This document shows positions 30,670 to 40,756 of a stretch of DNA of 50,402 bases, piece after piece. The DNA is from Candidatus Uhrbacteria bacterium CG10_big_fil_rev_8_21_14_0_10_48_11 (lineage in GTDB: Bacteria > Patescibacteriota > Patescibacteriia > GWA2-46-9). Position 1 is the stretch's first letter. Every line of letters begins with the position of its first letter. Made by a program: the position numbers and the translations under genes. The DNA lies in NCBI GenBank assembly GCA_002793855.1, contig PFET01000008.1, forward strand, positions 9,171 through 59,572, read 5' to 3'. The notes beneath the pieces are model-generated. The model saw only the letters and a list, made by a program, of their open reading frames with translations. It did not search any database and had not been told where the DNA came from.

Positions 30670-31416
30670 ATGCTTCCTATTATTGCTATTGCAAATTTGG
30701 TAAACGGCGTGCTCTCAGGATTTCTTACGTTACGACTCTATCGTCGTTATCAAAGAAGGATGCGCGAACATACACCACCGGCGGGCGTCCAGTATTTTAT
30801 TGCTTTCTATTTTGTCCTCACCATTGTGTGGCTTCTTTATTCTACTCCCGGTCTTATCACGACTAACCTCACTTGGATTATGGTGTTTCAGTCGCTGGCT
30901 GATTTGTTCGTCCTTGTTGGTGCTGCTGTTGTTCTTAATATCGTATGCTTCGCGCTGCACAAACCAAACCTTGCGGTGATGCTGTCTTTGGTTGTCGCGA
31001 CGTGCGGGGTTGCTTACCTCTTTGGGCTCGTGTTTTCTCACCCGCCGTCAATTCAAGAAGTTATTCCGCCTTATGTTTACTGGCATCCGGCAACACCAAA
31101 CTGGATACGGGTCGTGAGCGGCATTGTGGCGGCGCTTAGTTCGTTGACGTTTATTAGCACCTTTGTGGTGTTGGGGTTTAAGGTAAAGACGAACAATTTG
31201 GTTCGCCGCCGGTCGTTCTTTTTGGCAGCGGGGATGTTTTTTCTCTTTCTCGCATCGCTTACTTTTTTCATATTTTCAACCGGAGGGTTCCTTCTTACCA
31301 TGAGTTCTTCCCTTTTAGGAGTAGCCGGATTATTCGTTATGCTTCGCGGTGTCCCGTACCACGATGAGCATAACGAACAAATGGCAACGTATCTAAAAGA
31401 GAGTACTCCAAGTTAG
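30670..31416 (+). CDS. Hypothetical polytopic membrane protein (about 7 TM)
   Basis: Successive hydrophobic helices; no catalytic motif recognised. Confidence 0.7.
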   Translation: MLPIIAIANLVNGVLSGFLTLRLYRRYQRRMREHTPPAGVQYFIAFYFVLTIVWLLYSTPGLITTNLTWIMVFQSLADLFVLVGAAVVLNIVCFALHKPNLAVMLSLVVATCGVAYLFGLVFSHPPSIQEVIPPYVYWHPATPNWIRVVSGIVAALSSLTFISTFVVLGFKVKTNNLVRRRSFFLAAGMFFLFLASLTFFIFSTGGFLLTMSSSLLGVAGLFVMLRGVPYHDEHNEQMATYLKESTPS

Positions 31417-31436
31417 GGGGGCTATTTGAAAGTTAA

Positions 31437-31979
31437 TTAATTTTTAAAAGCCGAGATTGTTGTTTTATTTTTATAGCCAGACAATGGAGCTAAAATATTT
31501 TTTGTCCTAATCTTCATTTTTGGTGACGACGCCCGGGGTAGCTGCTTTCTGCAACTGCCCCGGGCGTCGGTGTCTTCGGTTTCACGGCATCTCGTGGGCA
31601 TGCCTCTGGCGGTGCCCACAGGTGACGTCCGCGAAAGTACCTTCCCGAATGTCTTCCGGGAATTAGAAGAAGTTGAGTCGGCAGTGTGTCTTGAACTCTC
31701 CCGACCCGTCTTCGACGATGAGATGAACGGGCTTCCTTCCGGGTGCCCGGGCGACGCGGCAGGTGCCCTTGCGCCGCGGTACCAGGCCCCTCGAAAAAGG
31801 CACAGTGCGCAGGTGATTTCTCCGACCGGTCGCTCCTCAATTTTGCCGTTGTACGAACGGAAGGCGCGAATCGTTCCCGCGACGTCGATGCCACAGCAGG
31901 TGACATCATTTTCATCGATGGCGTGTCGCACGTAGCGTTTCTTGAACCGGACGGTCTTTACTCTCCGTGGTTCGGACAT
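31437..31979 (-). CDS. Hypothetical protein, possible Zn-binding N-domain; 3' half doubtful
   Basis: AAGGAG RBS; H..TCC...TCALC pattern; low-complexity tail. Confidence 0.4.
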   Translation of the reverse strand: MSEPRRVKTVRFKKRYVRHAIDENDVTCCGIDVAGTIRAFRSYNGKIEERPVGEITCALCLFRGAWYRGARAPAASPGHPEGSPFISSSKTGRESSRHTADSTSSNSRKTFGKVLSRTSPVGTARGMPTRCRETEDTDARGSCRKQLPRASSPKMKIRTKNILAPLSGYKNKTTISAFKN

Positions 31980-32017
31980 GGCGTTCTCCTTGGCGCTTTG
32001 AAGAGCGCGGTTGTGTT

Positions 32018-32577
32018 CTATCTGAGTGATTGGACGAATCCAATGAGGCGCGTCCCGACGAGCACTGCACTTGCTCCGGGTTTGATGTCCGCGATGGTCC
32101 GGAGGTTGCTAGCTTGGCAGAGCCAGTTTCGTCCGAACGCGGCACGGGCTTGTTCCCACGTTTCTGTTTTGCTGTTCTCGGGTTGATAAAGAAGCCGCAA
32201 GTCGCGGTCATTCCAGACCGCACGGTAGGCAGCCGGGATTCTCCGCAATTCCTCGACAGTGTAGGGTTCGATGAGGCAGCTCATCGAACAGTACTCGGGG
32301 ATTCGTCCGACTACCAGAACGTGGGTAGCGCCCGCGTCGAATGCGGCCTTGACCTCATCGTCGCTTGCGTGGATTCCCTTGGCGAGAATGGGCTGGTTCT
32401 CCGCCACGCTTCGCTGACGAGCTTCATCGACCCGCCCCAGCGTGCATCGGTGTGGATCGAGATCCAGTCTCCGTGTTCGTTCGCGATGTCAAAGAGCTCA
32501 TCCCAGCTTCGCTCTGACCGCCAGCCGGAAGAGGCTTGTGTCTTTACTTCGGCGATGAATGTGATGTTGCCAATCAT
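32018..32577 (-). pseudogene. Short indole-3-glycerol-phosphate synthase (TrpC)-like TIM barrel, frameshifted
   Basis: FIAEVKT, ISIHTDARWGGS, then frameshift near 32400, PILAKG, WNDRDL, QASNL, GASAVLVG. Confidence 0.7.
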
Positions 32578-32841
32578 GGCTTCTCTCCTCCTCGACCTTG
32601 TTTTGAATATGACGAGGGCTTTATGCACCATACTAACGCATAAAACCCTCGCCACATTATTGTTAAGGAGCACATCATCTTGTTCCATTTTATATTATTT
32701 GGTCAACTTGTAATGTTGATTTCTCTTGCTTCCAGCATTGAATTAGCGTAAGGCGGTGCAGTTCGTAACCTGGAGGGATCGCAAAAAGGTTTGCGGTTGT
32801 TCATTTTATCAATCACATTCGAGAACGTTTCGGAGGACATC

Positions 32842-33429
32842 ATGAATATTCGAAGGGCGCTCATGAGCGTCAGTGACAAAACCGGCCTTACCTAGTTTGC
32901 TGCTGGCTTGCAGCTGCTCGGTGTTGAAATCATCTCGACCGGTGGAACCGCTACGGCACTCGCCAAAACCGGCGTCGTCGTTCAGCCGGTCGAGAAGTTC
33001 ACTGGTTACCCGGAGATGCTCGGGGGGAGAGTGAAGACTCTGCACCCCAAGGTGCACGGTGGGATTCTCTGGAGGAGAGGGCATCCGGAGGATCACGCTA
33101 CGGTGCTCAAGTACGGATTGCAGTCGATCGACCTCGTCTGCGTCAACCTCTACCCGTTCGCGGACACCGTCGCGAAGGGTCGAGTTCGCCGAATGTGTCG
33201 AGCAAATCGACATCGGCGGACCCGCCATGCTTCGCTCCGCGGCGAAGAATCACGAGGACGTCATCGTCCTCGTCGATCCGGCGGACTACGCCGGGCGCTG
33301 ACCGATCTTCGCGACGGCAACCCGCTTTCGCCGGAGGCGCGGCGCCACCTCGCATGGAAGGTGTTCGTGCATACTGCAGCATACGACGCCACCATCGCGG
33401 CGTACTTTGCCGGACACATTGTCGCCTGA
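32842..33429 (+). pseudogene. purH: PurH N-terminal IMP cyclohydrolase domain only, inactivated
   Basis: [50 protein letters not shown]; TAG at 32893 and two frameshifts (near 33180 and 33295). Confidence 0.88.
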
Positions 33430-33551
33430 AGACGCCACCGTGTCCGTTCGCCTTTCGCCAGAGGAGCTCCGCACTTGCAGTCATGCCGGTGCGGAGCTCC
33501 TTTCACGTATAGTGAGTTCTGTCGTAGCGTGCCGACGAATTGTGTTAAAAT

Positions 33552-33974
33552 ATGAATACTATGTTAAATCTTTCTCAACCGTTGGTCGGTGTTGTTGTTA
33601 TGGTTTTTAAAGAAGGTAAAGTGCTTCTTCACAAGCGCAAAGGTTCCCACGGGAATAATGAATACGGATCGCTCGGGGGTCACCTTGAACATGGGGAATC
33701 ATTTGAGGAGTGTGCCAGACGAGAATGTCGTGAAGAGGCCGGTATTGAGATTCAAAACGTGCGCTTCCTTTTTTTGATGAATGTAAAGAGGTACGCTCCG
33801 AAACATTATGTTCACATCAATTTAGTCGCTGATTGGAAAAGTGGTGAGCCAAAAAATATGGAGCCAGACAAAGGAGGAGAATGGCAGTGGTACGACCTGG
33901 AAAAATTACCTAGCCCTCTTTTTTACACCGAGCCATTCGTTTTTGAGTCGTTGAAGACGGGTCAAAATTATTGA
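33552..33974 (+). CDS. Nudix hydrolase (MutT/NUDT15-like)
   Basis: GGHLEHGESFEECARRECREEAGI Nudix box; EPDK..WQW. Confidence 0.9.
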   Translation: MNTMLNLSQPLVGVVVMVFKEGKVLLHKRKGSHGNNEYGSLGGHLEHGESFEECARRECREEAGIEIQNVRFLFLMNVKRYAPKHYVHINLVADWKSGEPKNMEPDKGGEWQWYDLEKLPSPLFYTEPFVFESLKTGQNY

Positions 33975-34054
33975 GACGCCTAGATGTTTATTCTGAGTAA
34001 GCAATAGCGAGAGAAAGCAGTTTGTTTCGCGGGACTAATGAGAAGAAGTTCCGG

Positions 34055-34083
34055 TTGACTTTATTCGTTTTCTCTGGTAGTCT
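34055..34083 (+). promoter_or_regulatory. sigma70-type promoter
   Basis: TTGACT-N17-TAGTCT with TG extension. Confidence 0.55.
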
Positions 34084-34146
34084 TTTCTCATACCATGCAG
34101 TATCGCATGGTTTTGTGTTCATTTACTCACCTAACCGCACCGAATT

Positions 34147-34269
34147 ATGATGTATTTCGATGGCGAGGACATGTCGACACCGACAGCTCCCGCAGACGGT
34201 GACGGCGACACTCAGGCAACGACTCCAGAAGAGCCGGCAACTGAGGGTGGCGAAACGTCAGCTGAGTAA
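34147..34269 (+). CDS. 40-aa acidic small protein
   Basis: MMYFDGEDMSTPTAPADGDGDTQATTPEEPATEGGETSAE*; flanked by promoter and terminator. Confidence 0.55.
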   Translation: MMYFDGEDMSTPTAPADGDGDTQATTPEEPATEGGETSAE

Positions 34270-34286
34270 ATTACTCTCAGCACTAC

Positions 34287-34321
34287 AAACAGAACCCCCG
34301 CATGGGGGTTCTGTTTTTTTT
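34287..34321 (+). terminator. Intrinsic terminator
   Basis: AAACAGAACCCCC-gcat-GGGGGTTCTGTTT plus T-run. Confidence 0.85.
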
Positions 34322-34369
34322 ATTGTCATTTGCCGTGAGCAACCGACAAGTGATACTCTCTAGGATATT

Positions 34370-35386
34370 ATGGATAGAATCATAGAACCAGAAACACACG
34401 ACGAAGACGAGTCTTTGGACACGACCCTGCGCCCACGTGAACTCAAAGATTACGTCGGACAAGACAAGGTAAAAGAGAACCTTGGCGTGTTAATGGCGGC
34501 CGCCAAAAAACGTGGTGAATCAATTGAACACGTCCTTCTTTACGGCTCTCCGGGGTTAGGTAAGACGACACTCGCACACATCATTGCTCGCGAGATGAAT
34601 TCGAACATTCGGGTGACGTCCGGCCCAGCTCTTGCTAAGGCGGGTGACCTTGCTGCCATTTTAACAAACCTACAAGAAGGCGACGTTCTCTTTATTGATG
34701 AGATTCATCGACTAAACAAGACCATCGAAGAGATACTCTACCCAGCAATGGAAGAGTTTGCGCTTGACCTCATCATTGGTAAGGGTCCAAGCGCCCGTAC
34801 GCTACGTCTTGATTTGCCGAAGTTCAGTATTGTCGGGGCGACAACGAAGGTGAGCCTACTGTCTGCTCCACTTCGCGATCGCTTTGGGGCTACCTATCGT
34901 CTAAACTTTTACGAACCAGAAGACATTGAGCAAATTTTACGTCGTTCTGCAAAAATTTTGGGAGTACGCGCTGACGACGAGGCACTGAAAGCGGTTGCTG
35001 AACGTTCGCGGCGAACACCACGCATTGCTAACCGCCTCTTAAAGCGCGTACGCGACGTAGCGGACGTTAAAGGAGATGGAACCATTACCCCCGCCGTTAC
35101 CGAAGCTGCCTGGGATATGTTGGACGTTGACCTTTATGGTCTCGATGAGGTTGATCGGCGCATTTTAGAAACGATTATAGAAAAATTTGGCGGTGGCCCC
35201 GTTGGTGTTGCGACGTTGGCTGCCGCGACAGCAGAAGAAACAGCAACCATAGAAGATGTGTATGAGCCGTTTTTGATGCAGATTGGTTTTTTGCAGCGAA
35301 CTCCGCGTGGACGAGTGGTTACCGAACACGCCTATCGGCATCTTAAGATTGATCCACCAGATGATTTGCAGCAGCGGTTATTGTAG
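34370..35386 (+). CDS. ruvB: Holliday junction helicase RuvB
   Basis: [31 protein letters not shown]. Confidence 0.97.
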   Translation: MDRIIEPETHDEDESLDTTLRPRELKDYVGQDKVKENLGVLMAAAKKRGESIEHVLLYGSPGLGKTTLAHIIAREMNSNIRVTSGPALAKAGDLAAILTNLQEGDVLFIDEIHRLNKTIEEILYPAMEEFALDLIIGKGPSARTLRLDLPKFSIVGATTKVSLLSAPLRDRFGATYRLNFYEPEDIEQILRRSAKILGVRADDEALKAVAERSRRTPRIANRLLKRVRDVADVKGDGTITPAVTEAAWDMLDVDLYGLDEVDRRILETIIEKFGGGPVGVATLAAATAEETATIEDVYEPFLMQIGFLQRTPRGRVVTEHAYRHLKIDPPDDLQQRLL

Positions 35387-35400
35387 TGCTGCCCTTTGTG

Positions 35401-35438
35401 TACAATAAAATCACCCGCTCGTGCGGGTGATTTTTGTA
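35401..35438. terminator. Bidirectional terminator
   Basis: AAAATCACCCGC-tcgt-GCGGGTGATTTT between convergent genes. Confidence 0.8.
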
Positions 35439-35471
35439 TTATATAGAACGCGAGGCGAAGTTGTGCGATCG

Positions 35472-37469
35472 TTAATTATACCACTGCGCGATATTAGTAT
35501 TTACGTAGAAGAAAGTGAGAATGTCGAGGTAATTTTTCCCTTTTTTGGCCATATCGTTTGCGGCAAGTTGCGACATGCCGACACCATGCCCAAAACGCTG
35601 TCGCCCAACATCTTCTGGTACGGGTTTTCTGACGAGCCACGGTTTTGGCGTGCCGCCCCAAACATCTTCCCACGACCGAGTCGTACCGTCGGTGCTTGCT
35701 GAGTAAGGAGTAACCACAACGCTACCGTTGTAGGTAACTACCTGTCCGCGCGTTGCGTCAACTGCGGTGCTTACTGCTGGTAATCGTTTTTCTGATTCGT
35801 ACCCTCGGTAGTATTGATCGCTAACGGTTGCCACAACATCAAAGTGACGAGCAAGGTGCTTCGTGCTGGCATCGTGATGGTAGAGAGCATAGCTGCGCGC
35901 TGCGGTGATGAGCGCCTTTTGATATTCTGGCTCTGCGGCATTTGAACTCTCTGCGAGTCCGCGCAGATAATCTTCCATCGGGAGTTCGTTGATAATCCAC
36001 ACTTTTTGGTCTGCTTCTGACCAGCGAATTTCAATGGCGCCACGGTAGGTATTGTCATTCCATCCCGGATGGTAGGCGACAGGGTTGCTAAAGGTGGTAA
36101 GCGTAATGATACTTGGGTCAGTTGCCGCAACAACCTGAAGCGGCAAAGGGGAGGTAATGAGCGGACCGGGGCTTACCGCAGTGTATGCTCCAGTTGCAGC
36201 GTTGTACGAGAGGAAGGTTGTCATACCGGCCGCAACTTTTACAAATTCTTTTCCAGCATTATCTCGAATGATATAGGGAAGGTTTGCGGTAACACCAAGC
36301 TGTCCTTCTAGTTTATCAATCCCGACACGCATAATTGGTTCCGTATGGCTTGGCTGACAGAGGCCACTTTCTGACGGGTTACCAGGATCTTGTTCGAGGT
36401 CTTGATTTTGGTCGGCGGCAATACAAACGATCGTTGGTGAACTGGTGGTTGTTGGTGGTGCTGATGGTGTTACCACTGGTGCAGGCATTGCGACACTTAT
36501 CGGCAAGTGAAAGCGTGACCCTTCAATAAGCGTGTCTCCGTTTAGGGTCAGGTAAAACTCAGGGTTATACTGTCCGCCCATTGTCGGCGCCTTGATGATA
36601 AAAGAGAAAAAGCCAAGTTCGCTCGGCTGCGTGAGTGGTGCCGACTGGTTTAGTATGACGATACTTGAAACCCATGAACTGTCTTTAAAAGAAACGTTGG
36701 CAGTAGAGGAAGGGTCAAAATTGAGCGCAACCAAACTTGGTGAGACGTTTCTCCAGTTGCGATCCCCTGTATTTTTTATGCCAATAGTAAAGGTAGCAGC
36801 GGCACCTGCCTGAAGAGAAAGTGATTGAGCAGATTTGATAAGCGGCGTTGCAGTGGCATACGGATTTGTCCGCAATGTGTCTGCGGTTGCTGTTGTTGCC
36901 GAAGAAGTTGGCACTGGTGTAGGTACTGCTGCCGGCGCGCTTGCTGTTGGGGTAGAAGTTGTTTGGGTATTGGTCGAGGAGGCAGTGTTACCAACGGTTA
37001 AGGTTAGGCTAAAGTCAGACCCCTCAATTTTTTTGTCTCCAGCAAAGACGGCAAACATATTATTGAAAGTGGCATTTTTTTGGGGCGCCTCAAGCGGTAG
37101 GTTAAAATAGGCGACCTGTCCCGGCGCAACCGTGTTTGGCGTCATGGAGGTAACGGTGAGTTTGTCTATCCAGAGGTGGCTTGAGAACCAGTGTTCATAG
37201 CGGACATTTTGAGTTGTCTTGGCCGTTATTCTATCGGTACCCGCGCTTGACCATGTGGTCGAACCAATATTTTTAAAACCAATAGCGTAGGTGTAGGGTT
37301 GAAGTTGTGTCAGTGTTGTTGGCACCTTCGAAGTAATCATTTTTTGTGCCGCGTACGTTGCCGCATACGTGGGCGGCGTAGTAGCAACTGCGCAAACCAA
37401 GAGCACAGCCGTCAGTAACGGAAGCGAAAGTCGGCGGGCGTGATGAGTTGCAATACGGAGTGACGGCAT
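35472..37469 (-). CDS. SpoIID/LytB domain secreted protein with N-terminal Ig-like repeats
   Basis: INELPMEDYLRGLAE, AARSYA, FDV..TVSDQYYRG, GHGVGMSQ; two KNxG..W repeats. Confidence 0.85.
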   Translation of the reverse strand: MPSLRIATHHARRLSLPLLTAVLLVCAVATTPPTYAATYAAQKMITSKVPTTLTQLQPYTYAIGFKNIGSTTWSSAGTDRITAKTTQNVRYEHWFSSHLWIDKLTVTSMTPNTVAPGQVAYFNLPLEAPQKNATFNNMFAVFAGDKKIEGSDFSLTLTVGNTASSTNTQTTSTPTASAPAAVPTPVPTSSATTATADTLRTNPYATATPLIKSAQSLSLQAGAAATFTIGIKNTGDRNWRNVSPSLVALNFDPSSTANVSFKDSSWVSSIVILNQSAPLTQPSELGFFSFIIKAPTMGGQYNPEFYLTLNGDTLIEGSRFHLPISVAMPAPVVTPSAPPTTTSSPTIVCIAADQNQDLEQDPGNPSESGLCQPSHTEPIMRVGIDKLEGQLGVTANLPYIIRDNAGKEFVKVAAGMTTFLSYNAATGAYTAVSPGPLITSPLPLQVVAATDPSIITLTTFSNPVAYHPGWNDNTYRGAIEIRWSEADQKVWIINELPMEDYLRGLAESSNAAEPEYQKALITAARSYALYHHDASTKHLARHFDVVATVSDQYYRGYESEKRLPAVSTAVDATRGQVVTYNGSVVVTPYSASTDGTTRSWEDVWGGTPKPWLVRKPVPEDVGRQRFGHGVGMSQLAANDMAKKGKNYLDILTFFYVNTNIAQWYN

Positions 37470-37628
37470 ACAGTAAAAGCTATTTGTTGTAGAGATAAAA
37501 CGACCCCGTTCACGCCAGCGCTTGAACAGGGCTTGTTTCAGAAGAAAGTTTCAGAAGAATGGCGGCGTTTGTGTTACTCACTTTTTATTAGTGTAGCACA
37601 ATTTAACCCCTTTTGTCCAGCTGCGAAG

Positions 37629-38489
37629 CTACGATTTATCGCGTAACGCTTTTAGCCATTTCAGTTCGCGAATAATTTCTGTCCCTTTGCTGTCACGCGG
37701 TGTCTCCAAAAGAAAATTAATTTTTTTAAGTCGCGGTTCTGACACTAGTGCCGCAACTGTTTTCTTCCCAAGTTTTCCGGCGCCAATATTTTCATGCCGG
37801 TCGACGTGCGACCCAAGATTAGTTTTTGAGTCGTTAAGGTGCAAGAGCTTGAGGCGAGAGTGTCCGACAATGTTGTCAAACGCATTGAGTGTTTTAGTAA
37901 GTGTTTGCGGCGTACGAATGTCGTACCCTGAAGCAAAGAGGTGCTGGGTATCAAGGCAGATATTGAGAACATTTTTTTTATGCAATTTTTTTTCAACGCC
38001 CGTAATGATAGTTGCCAGTTCTTCAAAGGTGTCACCAAGCGTTTCTCCGGCGCCAGCGGCAATTTCAATGAGCAGCTTTGTTTTGCCACGGTAGTCTTTC
38101 AGTATAGAAACAAGCCCTTCAATCGTCATTGCCAGCCCTTGTTTGAGGCCGATTGTTTTTGCCGAACCAAGGTGAGTCATCACCGCGTCAACACCAAGCA
38201 TTGATCCGCGTTCAAGTTCGCCGCGAATAATATTTATGGTTCCGTTTCGAATGCGATTATTTTCTGAAGCAAAGTTGATGAAGTAGGGGGTGTGAATGTA
38301 GGCAGCATGAAGGTTGCATCGTTTCATGTCTGCTTTGAAGCGGGTAACAATTTCAGGAGTGAGCACTGGCGCGGCACCGCCCTGCGGAGAACGGCTGAAG
38401 AACTGCACCACTTCACAACCCAGTGCCGCTGCGCGTTCCGGTACGTTGTCAATGCCACCTGCGGCTGAAATGTGCGCGCCAAAGTACAT
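37629..38489 (-). CDS. nfo: Endonuclease IV
   Basis: GAHISAAGG, HTPYFIN, CLDTQH, HLNDSK, DRHENIG, LETP. Confidence 0.95.
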   Translation of the reverse strand: MYFGAHISAAGGIDNVPERAAALGCEVVQFFSRSPQGGAAPVLTPEIVTRFKADMKRCNLHAAYIHTPYFINFASENNRIRNGTINIIRGELERGSMLGVDAVMTHLGSAKTIGLKQGLAMTIEGLVSILKDYRGKTKLLIEIAAGAGETLGDTFEELATIITGVEKKLHKKNVLNICLDTQHLFASGYDIRTPQTLTKTLNAFDNIVGHSRLKLLHLNDSKTNLGSHVDRHENIGAGKLGKKTVAALVSEPRLKKINFLLETPRDSKGTEIIRELKWLKALRDKS

Positions 38490-39784
38490 TACTTCGTGTT
38501 GGCCAACTCAACCATTCGTGCCATAACGTTACGTGTCAGGACGAGATGTTTGAGGTGGCTGTCGTAGTCGCGGCTCTTCACTTCTTCGCGAATATCTTCA
38601 TCTTCGGGCTTTGAGTAGTGCTCGAGAATGAGGGTACGCTCACTTTCAATTTCTTCATCGGTTACCTCGATGTGTTCTTCGTCGGCGATAGCACGCACCA
38701 GCAGTGCCGCCTGTACGCGAGTGAGCGCCTCGGGCAACCATGATTTTTTCAGCTCTTCCACATTTTTACCCAGATGCTCAATGTAGGTTGACCACTCTAA
38801 CCCCTGAGCAGCCACCTGTCCTTGTACGCGTGAGAGAATTTTTTGCAGCTCCGCTTCTATTAAGAGGTCGGGTATTTCTTCAAAGGTACTTTGCTTGATG
38901 AGCTTTTCGATGATTGCTCGCTCGACACGTTGCTGCTCTTTTGAGGTTTCCATTGTGGCGAGGTTTTCTTTAATTTGTTCGCGCAGGGCATCGAGTGTGG
39001 CAAAGTTGCCAAGTGATTTAATGAAGGCGTCATCTATTTTCGGTCTGGTTTTTTCGAGCACTTCAGTAACGGTTACCTTGTAGCCAACGATTTTGCCAGC
39101 AAGTACTTTGTCGTAGTGGTCTGCAGGAAAAGGGAGCTCGAAAGTTTTGGTATCTCCTTTTTTCATACCAATGAGCTGTTCTTTGAAACCAGGAATGACG
39201 TAGGGTTGAGTCAGGTCTACCTTGTGCCCGCGTGATTGGCCACCTTCAAGAGGTACGCCTTCTTTAGACATGTCCATAGCAATAGTAATGGTATCCTCTG
39301 CTGTTGCTGCTTTGTCAGCCGGCTTTGTTTCAGCCCTAAGGTCGCGGAGCTCCTCGACCACCTTGTCAATTTGTTTGTCGGTAACGGCAGCAGGTTTTTG
39401 AGGCTCACGAATACTCTTGTAGTCACCGAGCGTTACTTTTGGCAACACGGCAATTTTTGCAGTGAACTCAATTGGCTCGTTTGGTGCAAGCTTGGTTACT
39501 TGTATATCTGGTTCGCCAACGGTTGGCAGTTTTTCTTGTTCTAGAATGGTCACGAAGGCAGCTGGCACCGTAAAACGAACGGCGCGTTCGAGCAGCGCCA
39601 TTTCACCAAACGCCCGCCGAGCTTGGTCAACAGATGCTTTGCCTGGTCGAAACCCGGCTAGCGGATGCTCCCGCTGCAGATCGCGCGCCGCGCGAGCAAT
39701 AGGTTCGGTTAGCTCTTCTGGTGGAATGGAAATAGTGAGAACGAGGACCCCTTTGGTGGTGCTTTTTGATGAAAGTGTTGGCAT
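38489..39784 (-). CDS. tig: Trigger factor
   Basis: GFRPGKA signature, FKBP domain IPGFKEQLIGMK..FPADH. Confidence 0.93.
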   Translation of the reverse strand: MPTLSSKSTTKGVLVLTISIPPEELTEPIARAARDLQREHPLAGFRPGKASVDQARRAFGEMALLERAVRFTVPAAFVTILEQEKLPTVGEPDIQVTKLAPNEPIEFTAKIAVLPKVTLGDYKSIREPQKPAAVTDKQIDKVVEELRDLRAETKPADKAATAEDTITIAMDMSKEGVPLEGGQSRGHKVDLTQPYVIPGFKEQLIGMKKGDTKTFELPFPADHYDKVLAGKIVGYKVTVTEVLEKTRPKIDDAFIKSLGNFATLDALREQIKENLATMETSKEQQRVERAIIEKLIKQSTFEEIPDLLIEAELQKILSRVQGQVAAQGLEWSTYIEHLGKNVEELKKSWLPEALTRVQAALLVRAIADEEHIEVTDEEIESERTLILEHYSKPEDEDIREEVKSRDYDSHLKHLVLTRNVMARMVELANTK

Positions 39785-39909
39785 AGTGCCGTTACTGTAT
39801 CGGTATTTGCAAAGGGATGCAACCGTTGCCGCTTGCTGCATACTAGAGCTCTTTGTTTGGCTGTTGTGCTATACTTTTAAGGTCTTACTTTTCATTTAAA
39901 TACTAGGCT

Positions 39910-40017
39910 ATGCCAATACTTTTTGTTCCAAGCGCCCCGGTCGTGTTGAGCTTCCTTTTGTCACTTATGGCTGCATGGCTCAGCATCGTTATTTTTGTTG
40001 TGGCCTTTGCCCTCTAA
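39910..40017 (+). CDS. Candidate 35-aa membrane peptide
   Basis: MPILFVPSAPVVLSFLLSLMAAWLSIVIFVVAFAL*, 18 bp before yebC. Confidence 0.4.
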   Translation: MPILFVPSAPVVLSFLLSLMAAWLSIVIFVVAFAL

Positions 40018-40035
40018 GGTAAGTTTTGCGCTGGT

Positions 40036-40755
40036 ATGTCCGGACATTCAAAATGGGCGACGACACGACGCCACAAAGCCGTTGTTGATGCTAAACGTGG
40101 TGCTCATTTTACAAAATTATCTAAAGCGATAACGGTCGCTGCTCGCGAAGGAGGCGGTGACCCAGATCGCAATATGAAACTGCGTTTGTCGGTTGATTTG
40201 GCGCGTTCGGCCAGTATGCCAAAAGAGAATATTGAGCGAGCGATCAAGCGAGGAACGGGGGAGCTTGTGGGGGACACGGTAGAAGAGCTTGTCTATGAAG
40301 GATTTGGGCCCGAAGGAGTAGCGCTTCTGGTTGAAGTTATGACTGATAATCGCAATCGTACCGTGAGTGACGTAAAAAAGGTCTTTACAAAATATGGATG
40401 CTCGATGGGCGCGCAAGGTAGCGTGGGTTGGATGTTTGAGCGGAAGGGGGCCATTCGTATAATCCCGACCAGCGACACAATGGTAGACGAGCTTGTGCTT
40501 ATTGACCTTGGTGTTGAAGATATTATTAGTGAAGATGAAGAACTTCTTCTTCTGACACCACCAGATAAACTGACTACTATCGAGCGCGGAGTACAAGAGT
40601 TGGGGTATACCGTTGAGCAGTCCGAACTCGTCTACTGGCCAAAGTCCCCGGTTGCGTTTCCTGAAGATCGGGCAGGGGAAAAGTTAGGTCAGCTTGTTGA
40701 TACTCTCGATAACCTAGATGACGTCGTTAACGTTTTTACCAATACAACCAGCTAA
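40036..40755 (+). CDS. yebC: YebC/PmpR family protein
   Basis: MSGHSKW, YEGFGPEG, TDNRNRT, WMFERKG. Confidence 0.95.
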   Translation: MSGHSKWATTRRHKAVVDAKRGAHFTKLSKAITVAAREGGGDPDRNMKLRLSVDLARSASMPKENIERAIKRGTGELVGDTVEELVYEGFGPEGVALLVEVMTDNRNRTVSDVKKVFTKYGCSMGAQGSVGWMFERKGAIRIIPTSDTMVDELVLIDLGVEDIISEDEELLLLTPPDKLTTIERGVQELGYTVEQSELVYWPKSPVAFPEDRAGEKLGQLVDTLDNLDDVVNVFTNTTS

Positions 40756-40756
40756 G

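Noticed and set aside
32720-32841. ZTP or other riboswitch upstream of purH
   Set aside because: No recognisable consensus elements by eye; an Rfam scan would be decisive
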